64,000 nt of DNA from Malacoraja senta (taxonomy: Eukaryota): positions 62,868,001-62,932,000 of the forward strand of contig CM075981.1 of NCBI GenBank assembly GCA_038087875.1, read 5' to 3'. Made by a program: the position numbers and the translations under genes. Below the pieces are notes generated by a model, which did no database searches, was not told the DNA's origin, and saw only the letters and a list, made by a program, of their open reading frames with translations. This document shows positions 23,981-35,700 of the stretch, piece by piece. Each line of letters opens with the position of its first letter. Positions within the stretch are counted from its first letter, which is position 1.

Positions 23981-24705
23981 CAATGAGCAGTTCATGCATG
24001 AAATCCTTCCCTAGATTAATATTTAACATCCGTGTCTCCTGTTATCTAAAAGCTCTAACATTTTGCCACTTTTGTATTCTTCTGTACATTTTACACGACT
24101 TGTGTAAATTTTCATCAGCTATTATCAAGGATTTCTGTTCTAGATATTTGCTGTTTTGACACCGAGTTCTAAAACTAACCATTTGGTGTTGTCAGCAAAA
24201 CATGAAAAAGTAACTTTATAGTTAGTTATGGATAAAATAATCTCCAACTGTGAACAGTTGACCTAATGCACAAGTTTGTGAACTCTGTGCATATGATGTT
24301 TGTCACTTAACCCTACCCATGTGGCTGGGAAGCTGGTACAAAATGAAGCCATTGTGATTGCATACTGCACTCCCTCTCTACTTCATCCCTGAGTCACCGT
24401 GTGACACAATCTGCTTCTGATGCTCTAAAATTGCTTGCTTTGACCTTGCTGGTAAAGCACCAATCTGCAGGTGCTTTAATTCTTTATTTGAACAGGCTTT
24501 TGTGCACCACACTGATAGCTACACACAGGGTTAAGATGAGAAGGAGTGGTGGAGGGGTCAGTGTTGGCAGGGCAATGGAGGGTATAATTAGTGCACACGA
24601 GGAACTGCAAGTGCTGGTTTACTAAGCAAGCCACACAGTGCTGGAGGAACTCAGCAGGCCAGTCAGTATCTCTGGAGAACATGGATAGGTGATGTTTTGG
24701 GTCAG

Positions 24706-25221
24706 GTCCCCTAATTTGAGGAAGGACATTCTTGCTATTGAGGGAGTGCAGCGTAGGTTTACAAGATTAATTCCCGGGATGGCGGGACTGTCATATGCTG
24801 AGAGAATGGAGCAGCTGGGCTTGTACACTCTGGAGTTTAGAAGGATGAGAGGGAATCTCATTGAAACATATAAGATTGTTAAGGGCTTGGACACACTAGA
24901 GGCAGGAAACATGTTCCCGATGTTGGGGGAGTCCAGAACCAGGGGCCACAGTCTAAGAATAAGGCGTAAGCCATTTAGAACGGAGACGAGGAAACACGTT
25001 TTCTCACAGAGAGTGGTGAGTCTGTGGAATTCTCTGCCTCAGAGAGCGGTGGAGGCAGGTTCTCTGGATGCTTTCAAGAGAGAGCTAGATAGGGCTCTTA
25101 AAAATAGCAGAGTCAGGGGATATGGGGAGAAGGCAGGAATGGGGTACTGATTGGGGATGATCAGCCATGATCACATTGAATATGGATAGGTGATGGCCTG
25201 CTTCTGCACCTATTGTCTATT
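24706..25221 (+). mobile_element. Young 5'-truncated CR1 LINE (open ORF2 C-terminus plus 3' UTR) inserted in a Penelope-like repeat
   Basis: ORF 24689-25150 SPNLRKDILAIEGVQRRFTRLIPG...TRGHSLRI...FSQRVVSLWNSLP is the CR1 ORF2 C-terminus. TATTGTCTATT tail. Host repeat on both flanks (~24600-24705 and 25222-25280). Confidence 0.9.
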
Positions 25222-25566
25222 GGGCCCTTCAGATTGCATAAGGGTCCTGACCTGAAATGTCACCCTTGTATGTTCTCTGGAAAGTATAATTAAGCTGGGT
25301 GTGGAATGAGCAGAGTGTTTGAGCAGAATAATATTCATGTTATGAAGCCAATTGTCAATAATGGAGTGAATGTTTGGGACCGCTGTGGGTCAGGCCAGTT
25401 GGCCACTGGACATGTCATGATGAGTCGGGGCTGTCTGGTCAGATTGCTGTGCGGTGGGTGCATTCTGATCAGTCGCAGTGCATTGTGCTTTGTCAGTAAA
25501 TCTGAGCAAACCTGCCCCCTGCTGGGGACGGATGTGTTGTGCTGTTACCAGGGCAGTTCATGAAGA

Positions 25567-25724
25567 TAGACCCAAAATGATGGAGAAACTCAGCGGAATG
25601 GGCAGCATCTCTGGAGAAACATCGCCCATTCCTTCTCTCCAGAGATGCTGCCTGTCCCACTGAGTTACTCCAGCATTCTGTATCTATCTTCGGTTTAAAC
25701 CAGCATCTGCGGTGCCTTCTTACA
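25567..25724. mobile_element. Penelope-like foldback repeat (centre deleted)
   Basis: 13-bp TSD CAGTTCATGAAGA (25554-25566 and 25725-25737); inverted GCAGCATCTCTGGAGA arms. Confidence 0.7.
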
Positions 25725-25883
25725 CAGTTCATGAAGAGTTGTGCTTCCCTGCAGTATGTGTCCATGGAACCTGGCGGTGCTGTTGACATCAGGCAGCAGC
25801 TGGCTGGATGCGGTGAACCACGTTCTGCAGTTTGAGAAGGGAAGATGTTGTTGAAGTAACTGGTGGTCAGGGACTCTTGATGC

Positions 25884-26161
25884 TAGTTTAGTTTAGAGAT
25901 ACAGCGCAGAAACAGGCCCTTCGGCCCACCGTGCCAACAGGCGATCGATCCCCTTACACTAGCACTATCCTATGCACTAGGGACAATTTACAATCTTTAA
26001 ACCAATTAACCTGTACTTCTTTGGAATGTGGGAGGAAATCGGAGCACTCGGAGAAATCCCTCGTGGTCACAGAGAATGTACAGACTCCATACAGACAGGA
26101 TTAAACACAGGTCTCTAGTGCTGTAAGGCAGCAACTCTACTGCTGTGGCACTGTGCTGCCC
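25884..26161 (-). mobile_element. V-SINE (HE1-like)
   Basis: Same family head and tail as the other copies. Confidence 0.8.
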
Positions 26162-27230
26162 CTAACCACCCTATCCAACTTGGCTCCCAAGGATATCGCC
26201 GTGCGGCAAATATTTCACTCCATAGTTCAAGGCGGGCTGTTAATGGGGGGTTTTTCCCTCCTGTTATGCAGCCAGTAAATACTGTAATTCTGATCACGCC
26301 TCCTCCTCTATCACCTCCAACACCTCCATGATTCCAGGAGACCATCACCACCAGCACCTAACATCTGCTCACTAGCTCGGGGCGTGATCTTTGAGCACAC
26401 CATGGGTATTGAACATGGGACAATGGGAGCAAGAGTAGGCCACTCGGCCCCTCGAGCCTGCCCCATCATCTAATATGCTTTTGGCAGATCTATGTTGGTA
26501 TTAGCCCCTTGCTTTGTGCCAATTCCCCATGGCCCTCAATTCCTGTACCTTTCAAAAATTCATTCACCTCCAACTTAAATATTTCTAATGTCTGAGCTTC
26601 CACAACTGAGGCAGAGAAATCCAGAGCGGTACCATCCTCTGTGATAAACAATTCCTTTGTGCTTCAGTTTTATTTACGGTCTCCTCATCTTGAAACTTTC
26701 CTTTCATCGGAGTCTTCCACTAGTGAACACATCTCTATCTAACTTGTCAAGCCCCTTTATCTTGTGCTTCAAGAAAATCAACCCCCCTTTTTCTAACAAA
26801 CTGGGATGTGAAGCAAGCAGATTTGCCCCACCCGGCAGCTCCGGACTGTACATGGGAGTAACTCTAATGGCAACTGTAGATTGTGTAGTGGGAGCAGAAG
26901 GAAAGGGAAACTTCTCCAATCTCAAGGTCAGAGCCCACTTATCTGTGGAGGATTTCCTGCTTCAGTTTTTCTGCTGGGGGGAGGGGAGGCTGTGAGGTGT
27001 TGGTGTTGGCATTGGCCTGGCTTATGACACAGCCGGCACAGGCTAGGCAGAGGTGGAGTGGCCTGTTGGCTCTGGTTGACAGTAGTTCTTGCTGCAATGC
27101 TGGCAAAGTCACACAATGCCCTGAGAGCACAAGGCGCACTTTTAGGGCGAGAGTAGGCAGTGCATTTTGCATGTAGCGCCCCACAAATGCACAATGGTGT
27201 ACAAGACTGAGCTGTCATGTCCCTGTCCCC

Positions 27231-27481
27231 GAAGATCGACATAAAGCTGGAGTAACAGCGGGACAGGCAGCATCTTTGGAGAGAAGAAATGGGTAGCGTT
27301 ACGGGTCGAGACCCTATTCCTTGACTGCAGAACCATCCAATTTCCTTCTACAAACACTTTACTCTGCCCAGCCTCTTTTTTACATTCCTTCTCTCCATAG
27401 ATGCTGCCTTGTTCTGCTGAGTTACTCCAGCATTTTGTGTCTATCTTTGGTTTAACCCAGCATCTGCAGTTCCTTCCTACA
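27231..27481. mobile_element. Penelope-like foldback repeat
   Basis: Inverted arms. Imperfect ~15-bp TSD CATGTCCCTGTCCCC / CATATCCCTGTCGCC. Confidence 0.6.
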
Positions 27482-27947
27482 CATATCCCTGTCGCCAGTG
27501 GGCCCCTGTGACACGGTTTGTACACTTGGTCTCTGAAGATGTTGCATGTTAATAATGAGTTTACTGTTAAGTTCAGTTGATGCTGGATAATGGCCATAGT
27601 GAAGGGCATCATTGGGGGGCAATTATAGCGTGTTTGTTGTTGATCCCCTTCCCCAGGGAGGGAAGATCCTTCACTATGGGCTATAATGTTGTGCACTTGT
27701 CACACAGTGACAGCGCTTTTGCCCTCACTTGTGGCCACCATGCTCAATAGTTGCCTGCCATCTGTAATGAAAGTGCTGCTTTAAACAAGGCAGACGGGTA
27801 AAGAATGAATTTGTCAAGTGGTGGCCCAAGCTATCTGACTTCTGTTCGGAGTAGTTGATTGGCACAGGACTGTGAATTTCCCAGTTTCCTGCTTTCTCTG
27901 ATCCAGTCTAATTTTCCTGATTCCACATCCTGTTTTTTTGCTTTCAG

Positions 27948-27983
27948 CCCCATCATGAGACTGGGCAGCAAGAAGGTGGCTCG
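27948..27983 (+). CDS. RAB11FIP3: RAB11FIP3 36-nt exon, copy 1: (S)PIMRLGSKKVA(R)
   Basis: tttttttgctttcag acceptor and CG|gtaagt donor; phase 2-2. Matches recalled PTKRLSSKKVAR. Confidence 0.88.
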
Positions 27984-28409
27984 GTAAGTGGTGAACGTGG
28001 CTGGAGGGGCAGGCTTTTCATGTCGGGCTGTTTCTAAATGTTTCCCTGGGCTTTGGGCGAGAGGGGTGAGTGACGGACAAGGAGCACCTTGGCAGGCACG
28101 TGTTGCTGCAACAGTGGGGAGGGGAGGCTCGGTGTGGCTCTGATCTCCAGCAGCTGCTGAGGGTGGTGTGGCCAGTTGCAGGATTGGAGGGTGTCTGTTT
28201 TTTGCTCGAGGTTGAGCCGCTCTGAGAGTGACTGGGCTCTCTGCACGTGTCTGAGTCAGCTCAGCGTGTCGGTCCCAAACCCCACGTAGACTTTCACACT
28301 GCTCACTCTCACATGGTAGCAGCGAGGTCCTGTTGTGCAAAACCTTCAGCCAAATGCAGTGGACGGGACTCGAGTCCTCCATCCAGCAAGAGTTGTGTAG
28401 GAACTATCT

Positions 28410-29250
28410 GATTAGTAGGTTGATAGTGGTCCAAGAAGATTGTCAAAGGATACAGGTCAGTTACAGGTGTGGGCAAAACTTCAGGAAAAACTTTTTCACA
28501 CAGAGTTGTAAATTTGTGGAATTCACTGCCTCAGAAGGCAGTGGAGGCCGATTCACTGGATGTATTCAAAAGAGAGTTAGATGGAGGTCTTGGGGCCTGC
28601 GGAATCAAGGGGTATGGGGCGAAGGTGGTAACGGGGGTACTGATTGTGGATGATCAGCTCATGATAACTTTGAATGGTGGTGCTGGCTCGAAGGGCCGAA
28701 TGGCCTACTTCTGCACCTATTGTCTCTGCATCAGTCAGAGCATTGGGTACAAGAGTCTGGATGGCACGTTGCAACTTTTGGAAAAACTTCCGTGAGGCTG
28801 CGTTTGGAGTATTGTGTGCAGTTCTGGTTGATGTGGAGGCTTCGGAGGGCACATTTACCAGGATACTGCCTGGATTGAGTGTATTAGTTAGAAGGAGAGG
28901 TTGGGAAAACTTGGATTGTATTCTCTGGAGTCTGAGAAGAGACCTGATAGCAGTATATAAAATTGTGGGGTAGATGGTTGGTCCTTTTCCAAGGGTAGCT
29001 ATGTAAAATATGGGGACACAGTTTTACAGAAAAGAAAAAAAGTTTAAAGGAGATGTGCAGAGTGAATTTATTTTCAGTGATGGGTGACAGGAATGCACTG
29101 CTGTGGTGGTGATGGAGGCAGATATGGTAGCAGTTTTAAGAGGCTTTAAGACAGTTGTGTGAACAGACAGTGAATGGAGGGACCTGGATCATGTGCAGGC
29201 AGATGGTATCATGATCGGCACAGACCTGATGGACTGAAGTGCCTGTACTG
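28410..29250 (+). mobile_element. CR1 LINE fragments, including a younger nested 3' end at ~28480-28726
   Basis: FSHRVVNLWNSLPQKAVEADSLDVFKRELD peptide and 3' tail GGTGCTGGCTCGAAGGGCCGAATGGCCTACTTCTGCACCTATTGTCT. Confidence 0.75.
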
Positions 29251-29820
29251 TGCTATGATGTACTTGGGGCCAGATTGAGCCATGGGGTTAGCTTGATGCT
29301 GGAATCCATCCACTGGCCAGAGACGTGCACATCCTGAATCTGGGCACAAGAGCCTCCAGATGCTGGAACCTGTGGCAGCAACAGGAGAAGAGCAGCTGGA
29401 AGAACTCAACAGGTTAGGCAGCATCTGTGAAGGGAAACGGACCGTTGATATTTCGGGTTGAGGCTCTTCATCCAGTCCAGATGTAGGGTTTTGATGTGAA
29501 ACATCCATTCCTTCCTCGGATGCTGCCCGACCAGCTGAGTTCCTCCAGTTGCTCTCTCCTGCCTCCTAATGTGATTACTGAGAACTGCTTTGCTCCGTGC
29601 CAATGTGATGGGAGGTGGCTCCTGCAGAGAATTGTGTGGTTGGCTGATTCAGACGTAGGAGTTGTGCTGAACTTGCCCAAGCTGACAGTGGTGTGGTGTG
29701 CCTGGCACGGCCTGCCCGACCTCTCACCCGGGCATCTCCAACACAAAGACTGCTTGCACTGTGCTCCCAGCTGTGTGAAGCGACATTGGCAGCTGTGCTG
29801 ACTACATCTTCTGATTGCAG

Positions 29821-29914
29821 GCACCTCCAGCAGAACAGCACAGCCAGCAGTGACAGCATGGAGGACCTGTCCACCAGCACCTTCGACCAGCTACCCGCCG
29901 ACCTCTCAGACCAG
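29821..29914 (+). CDS. RAB11FIP3: RAB11FIP3 exon, copy 1: HLQQNSTASSDSMEDLSTSTFDQLPADLSDQ
   Basis: ttgcag acceptor and CAG|gtcagc donor; 94 nt, phase 2 to 0; frame-consistent with neighbours. Confidence 0.85.
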
Positions 29915-30824
29915 GTCAGCCTTCCCCTTTAACACAGGCTGCAGCTTCACAAGCATGCTTTGTGTTTGAATGTACAGAGGGTTGTCACATGTACCTAGGC
30001 ACAGTGAAATTATTTGTTTTGCATGCAATCCAGTAAAGTCATACTACAGATAAGCACAATCAGAAATGAGTACAAAGTGCAACGATTGTAGTGTAAGAGT
30101 AGACTTCAAGGTAGTACACAGGGGCGTCACGATTCTGGCACCAACAAAGTTATGCTACATTGAGTGTTTGTTTTCTCTGGAACACCGGGAGTTGAGGAGA
30201 GACCTGATAGCAATTAATAAAATTGAGACATAGATATCGTAGACAGTCAGAACCTTTTCCCAGGGTGGAAATGTCAATGACTGGAAGACATAGCTTTAAG
30301 GTGAGAGGGGGAAAGTTTAAAGGATTTGCATGGAGCAATATTTTTACATAGGGTGGTGGGTGCCTGGAACGTGCTGCCAGGGGTGGTGGTGGAGATACGA
30401 TAGTGGCATTTAAGAGGCTTTAGATAAGCACATGGATAGGCAGGGAATGGCAGGATATGGGTCATGTGCAGGCAGAGATTAGTTTAACTTGACATGTTCG
30501 GCAGACATTGTGCGCCGAAGGGCCTGTTCCTGTGCTGCACTGTGGTCTACATGATTGGTTGGGGGAGTGGGCTTGAGCCCAGGCCTGTTCACAGCCCGTA
30601 CTCTAGACCTGTTGAGTGCTGGCTGTCCTCCTGCAGTAGCTGGCGTCCTGGTGCTGCCCATGCTCCGTGTGGCTGGGCCGGAGCGGCCAAGGTCTGCAGC
30701 TGCTGTGGGCCCTCGGTGTGGCTGGGCAGAGGGACAGGGACACACCTCGGCGGGTCCTTACCTGGCCCCCTGCTCTTGGGGACCAGCCTCACATTGTCTG
30801 TCTCTCCTTCTGTCTGGCGGGCAG

Positions 30825-30928
30825 GTGATATTCCTGGAGAAACGAGTGACGGAACTGGAACAGGAGAACACGGCCAACGGAGAGATGCACAGCCGCCTGA
30901 AACAAGAGAACCTGCAACTGGTGCATAG
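30825..30928 (+). CDS. RAB11FIP3: RAB11FIP3 exon, copy 1: VIFLEKRVTELEQENTANGEMHSRLKQENLQLVH(R)
   Basis: ggcag acceptor and AG|gtggga donor; 104 nt. Coiled-coil motif RLKQENLQLVHR. Confidence 0.92.
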
Positions 30929-31595
30929 GTGGGAGCCCTGGAGAGGGGGGAGGGGGTGAGAGGGCGGTGGGAGGGGGAGGCGATGGGAGGTCGGAGGGGG
31001 GTGGGAGAGGCCATGGGGGCAGTGAGAGGCCTAGAGTGTCGGTGGGGGGGGGGGTGCAGCAGGATCCCTAGGGGATGGAGTGTGACTCCAACCTGCCAGG
31101 AAGACCCACGTGAGGTGGGGGGGGGGGGGGTATAGCGGGAGCCACCAGCCCTCTCCATCTCTGCCCTCTATGTATTGACTGCATTGGTGCAAGGGGTTAA
31201 CTTGCATTTTACAATGTCACCTTGCAGAAGGCGGGGAGCTGATCAACTGTGGGCAAGTTGGGCCGAAGGGCCTGTTTCCACACTGTATCACTCTATGACT
31301 ACGTTTACCCTTGTACCTCGCATTTCCAGCTCATTTAATTTGCTCCCTCACTGGTGATGCCACCCCGAGCCACTCTTAGTTTAAAAGTCTGGTAAGTGAG
31401 TTAAAACAAGCGGGTGGCTTGGTTCAGCTGTGCTCTCTCTCCCCCTCCAGGGGCAGATCTGGCACGTCTGAGAGTCCGTAAAAGGACTTGCTGAAAGTTG
31501 TCGCTAATAATAATGCCGCGTGGGGCTGGTGAGCGCCGAGGCTCTTCTGTGGGTGGGAGAGCAGCGCAGCTCATTCTCTGACCATCTCCAAACAG

Positions 31596-31736
31596 GGCCA
31601 ATGCTTTGGAAGAGCAGCTAAAAGAGCAGGAGAACAAGTCTGAGGAGATGTTACTGGAGGAAATCAAGAAGCAGAAAGATGTTCTGAGCAAGGTGGAGAG
31701 GGAGCAAGTGATCGAGATGGAGAATCTACACACCAG
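31596..31736 (+). CDS. RAB11FIP3: RAB11FIP3 exon, copy 1: ANALEEQLKEQENKSEEMLLEEIKKQKDVLSKVEREQVIEMENLHT(R)
   Basis: aacag acceptor and AG|gtaacc donor; 141 nt, phase 2-2. Confidence 0.92.
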
Positions 31737-31850
31737 GTAACCCGCCCGTGTGGTAACCGTTCGAGGGCCAGGGTCATGCCTTCCTCCAGCTCTCCTGCAG
31801 AGGTGGCAGAGCTCACCCTGGGGGCGAACGCAGAAGGAGCCCTGTTATTC

Positions 31851-32282
31851 ACTTTAGAGATACAACGTGGAAACAGGCCTTTCGCCCTACAGAATCCGTG
31901 CCAACCAGCGATCAGCCTGTACACTAGCACTATCCTACACACCAGTGACAATTTACGATTTGACCAAAGCCAATTAATCTACAAACCTGTGCGAGGAAAC
32001 CGGAGCACCCGGAGAAAACTCAAGCAGTCATAGGAAGAACATACAATAGACAATGGGTGCAGGAGTAGGTCATTCGGCCCTTCGAGCCAGCACCGCCATT
32101 TAATGTGATCATGGCTGATCATCCCCAATCAGTACCGCGTTATTGCCTTCTCCCCATATCCCCAGACTCCGCTATCTTTAAGAGCCCTATCTAGCTCTTA
32201 ACTCTGTACAGACAGCACCCGTAGTCAGGATCCAACCTGGGTATCTGGCGCTGCAAGACAGACACTCTGCCACTGTGCAGCA
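31851..32282 (-). mobile_element. V-SINE interrupted by a young CR1 3'-end fragment (~32047-32199, minus)
   Basis: The SINE body GGAAGAACATACAA | AACTCTGTACAGACAGCACC is split by the reverse complement of the CR1 tail. Confidence 0.75.
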
Positions 32283-32546
32283 TAGGATGCGAGCCCAGGC
32301 TGGAGATTAGCAGTGAGTGGCACCAGCCATTAACAGCATAAGAAACAGGCCCTTCAGCCCACAACGCCTGTGCTGACCATGATGCCAAGTTAAACTAATT
32401 GACCAGAAAGTGAAATGTTCTGTTCTCGCATATGTTCCTGCATCCCAAAACCATTGGGATTTGTGAAAGCTGATAGCAGATTACTGGAGGCTTACTGTAT
32501 CTTTACAATTGTGCAGGGTGTTGGTGAAGCCACACTTAGAGCACTG

Positions 32547-32746
32547 NNNNNNNNNNNNNNNNNNNNNNNNNNNNNNNNNNNNNNNNNNNNNNNNNNNNNN
32601 NNNNNNNNNNNNNNNNNNNNNNNNNNNNNNNNNNNNNNNNNNNNNNNNNNNNNNNNNNNNNNNNNNNNNNNNNNNNNNNNNNNNNNNNNNNNNNNNNNNN
32701 NNNNNNNNNNNNNNNNNNNNNNNNNNNNNNNNNNNNNNNNNNNNNN
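32547..32746. other. Assembly gap (200 N)
   Basis: Exactly 200 N, a round fixed-size scaffolding gap. Confidence 0.99.
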
Positions 32747-35700
32747 CCCAAAGACATTAAGGTTTGGTAGGTTAATTGGCCTCTGTGAAATTGCCCCATA
32801 GTGTGTAGGGAGTGGATTCAAAAGTGGGATAACACATAACTAGTGTGAACGGGTGTAGAGTTAGTACGCCACAGGGCCTGTTTCCATGGTGCAAAATTAA
32901 ATTAAACCGGACCAATCACCTGCTGATGTACTACGTAATTCCAGTTTACTGGAGTCGGGTGGACTGTGGCACTGAATGTTGCTTTACATGGAAAATGCTG
33001 GTGAGGACTCCAGTCATGCGGCACAAGAACAAGATTTTTATCCTCAGCTTATCGATATTCCACTTATTTATTGCATTTCTTGTTACAATAAAAGCCAGAC
33101 CTTTTCTGATATGAGTATTTTGGAGAGCAGTTGAGTATCAGAGGACAGAAAGGCTTTGACAGATAGACACAAAAAGCTGGAGTAACTCAGTGGGTCAGGC
33201 AGCTTCTCTGGAAAAAAGGAATAGGTGACGTTTTGGGTTGAGACCCTTCAGACTGAAGGAGGGTCTCAACCTGAAACTTCACTTATTCCTTTCCTCCAGA
33301 GATGCTGAGTTACTCCAGTTGTTTTTGTCTACAGTTTAAATCAGCGTCTGCAGTTCCTTCCTACCCACAGCGTCTGACAGTTTACTTTGAGCTTTGTGCC
33401 TGACTGTTTCTAGTTCTAACTGAGCATTTCTCATTTTGATTGAATAGAGGCAGCTCTAACATTACTGAGTTATGTGTTTTGCCCCTCGTCCCTCATTCAC
33501 CTGCTGCTGATCTAGTGGAGAGGTTAGTGCTCTGTGGCTGAGGGCCTGGTCCTGCTCCTGCTCTACCACTGTCCCTGGCTTCCTCGAGCAGAGGGTGTGT
33601 AGGAAGGAACTGCAGATGATGGTTTAAACCGAAGACCGACACAAAGCTGGAGTAACTCAGGGGGTCGGACAGCATCTTTGGAGAAAAGGAATAGGTGACA
33701 TTTTGGGTCGAGACCCTTCTTCAGACTCTACCCAAAACATCATCTATTCCTTTTCTGCAGAGATGCTGTCTGACCTACTGAGTTACTCCAGCTTTTTGTG
33801 TCTATCTTTGAGCAGAGAGAGGTATGGCTGAAGCCAGTCTCACACCTCAATGACTGCTTAGAACCTCCTTCAGTGTTTGATGAGGTCATCGTTAAGCACA
33901 TTGCTGATTGGTGGATGTGCAGAGGAATCACAAGCCTTGGCATTCCCCTTGAACTTTAGACTTGATTTGGAAAGGCGACATAAATACTGGAAAGCTTTTG
34001 GTAAATCACTGCACTTGAGCAGACTTTGAGCTGGGGACAACGGGGAAAGGTAACACCAGCATCTGCCGCATCTAGTGATTGTGAACCGGGTTTATTTGTA
34101 TTTAGTTTGGTGTTTTGTGCTTCTGGAAATGGCAAAATCGACTACTTTGGACCAGCTGGTTGCTATACCGGGTTATTAAAAGTGGCTGTGTACAAATTGT
34201 ATTTTACCTTTGTGACCTGCCAGCTTTTTTTGGATCTAACAATTGGTCAAGCTCGGGTGGTTGACAAATCATTGCCATCCCCTCCCCCTTCCCACCTTCA
34301 CTGAAAGTGAAAATCCTTGGATTCTTTTTATGCCAGGTTTTGAGATGGTGTTGTGACCAATCCTGAGATTAGTTGTTGATCCTTGTTTATTTTTTCAATC
34401 TAAGTAGTGGGTCTGAAAAATGGAGGTTGGGAGGAATTATCCATTGGTTTGAGACGTGCTGTCAGTGTCACATTTGTTCTGACCAGTGTTTTGGATTGAT
34501 TTCCTTCAATTTTGTACAATATTTTCAGAAAAAAATGCATCTGCTGCTTCTCCAATGCCATTAGCTTCAGAGGTGTTGCTCTTGATGACTGTGTTGACGC
34601 TGTGACATTCTTGGATAACGGACACACGTGGTTCTCAGTTTCTAATTTCCACATCGGTGTAGTTTGAAATACAGATGAAATTTTGGTTCTCACAATGACT
34701 GCCACTTTGAGTGGCTGTGGTCCAGCTGAAATATTTTAGGAGGTTCTCCAGGACTTGTTCTTGTACTTTGCCTGCATAAAGCCAGGCATCGTGTATATAT
34801 TTAAAAACTCCTTCTCAACCTAACCTACTTTCAATCCACCATATGCATCTATCCCCTGATATCTCTATTTGGACCCCTTTCTACCACAATACTATGTATA
34901 GCATCAACTTTCATGACTATTCCATCGTATTTCAATCTCTTTGGGGCCTTCTGCTAAGTTTATCACAGTTTACTGTGCCTTTAAGTGCTGTAAGAAGTGG
35001 ACTTGGGAATTCATTCCTCGTGCCTTCATCTAAATAATTTTGAAAACCAATGATCTTAATGCTGTCAACTTTACTGACGCCTCCCTCCAGTCTATAAACG
35101 ACTTTCACATCCTGTAAATAAGACAAATGCCTAGAGGCTAGATACCTGAGAGAGACTGATCAGATGTATTTTGGAAGTCCATATGTACCACATCAATTCC
35201 ATTTTACTTATCGAGCCACTCTGTTCATTTATCAAAAATACTCCAGTTTCATTAAACAGAGTCCCTTTCAAAAAATCTATGTTGTATTGTTCTATAAATC
35301 GATATTTGCCTGGGGCATTTATTAATTCTGTTTGCGATTATTGCATCTCTAACTTTCCTCGTTACCAAAGCCCTTGAATGTTCATTTTCAAGGGAAGAAG
35401 ATTTAGCGTACTGGGTACCCAGGAATTTACTTTTGATTCTGTCCGTACAGACCAGGGTATGTGCACCGTTTTGCTGCTGTGGTAACATTCCATACTGTAC
35501 GTTCCAAATTTGAAACCAGTTTTGCATGGTGGGAAAGAGAAGTTCTACAATTTCATTGCATTTGAATTTTGAGGAACTAAATTCCAATCTCCTTGAATGT
35601 TGCTATTCAGCTTCTTCTTCTTCTTTTGAGTCTATCTTGTTACAAATGTTGATCTCGCTGTCGTCGTCCGTCCTGAAAAAGTCGTAAGCTTCCGGTGACT

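Larger units (their letters stand above)
11895..32546. repeat. Copy 1 of a ~20.65 kb near-identical tandem block (probable false duplication)
   Basis: Sequence and ORF track recur at offset +20849 to +20854. The copy ends exactly at the N gap. Confidence 0.95.

Noticed and set aside
24689-25150. 153-aa ORF as a host gene nested in the intron
   Set aside because: It is the C-terminus of CR1 ORF2 in a 5'-truncated insertion; the apparent start comes from the flanking repeat.
27142-28382. Long minus-strand ORFs (184 and 183 aa)
   Set aside because: No recognisable domain. One runs through a foldback repeat, and the other is broken by indels in the second copy.
31401-31733. Antisense ORFs over coiled-coil exons (also 55805-56191)
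   Set aside because: Shadow ORFs caused by the codon bias of the sense exons.
32415-32821. ORFs spanning the N run
   Set aside because: Artefacts of translating Ns.
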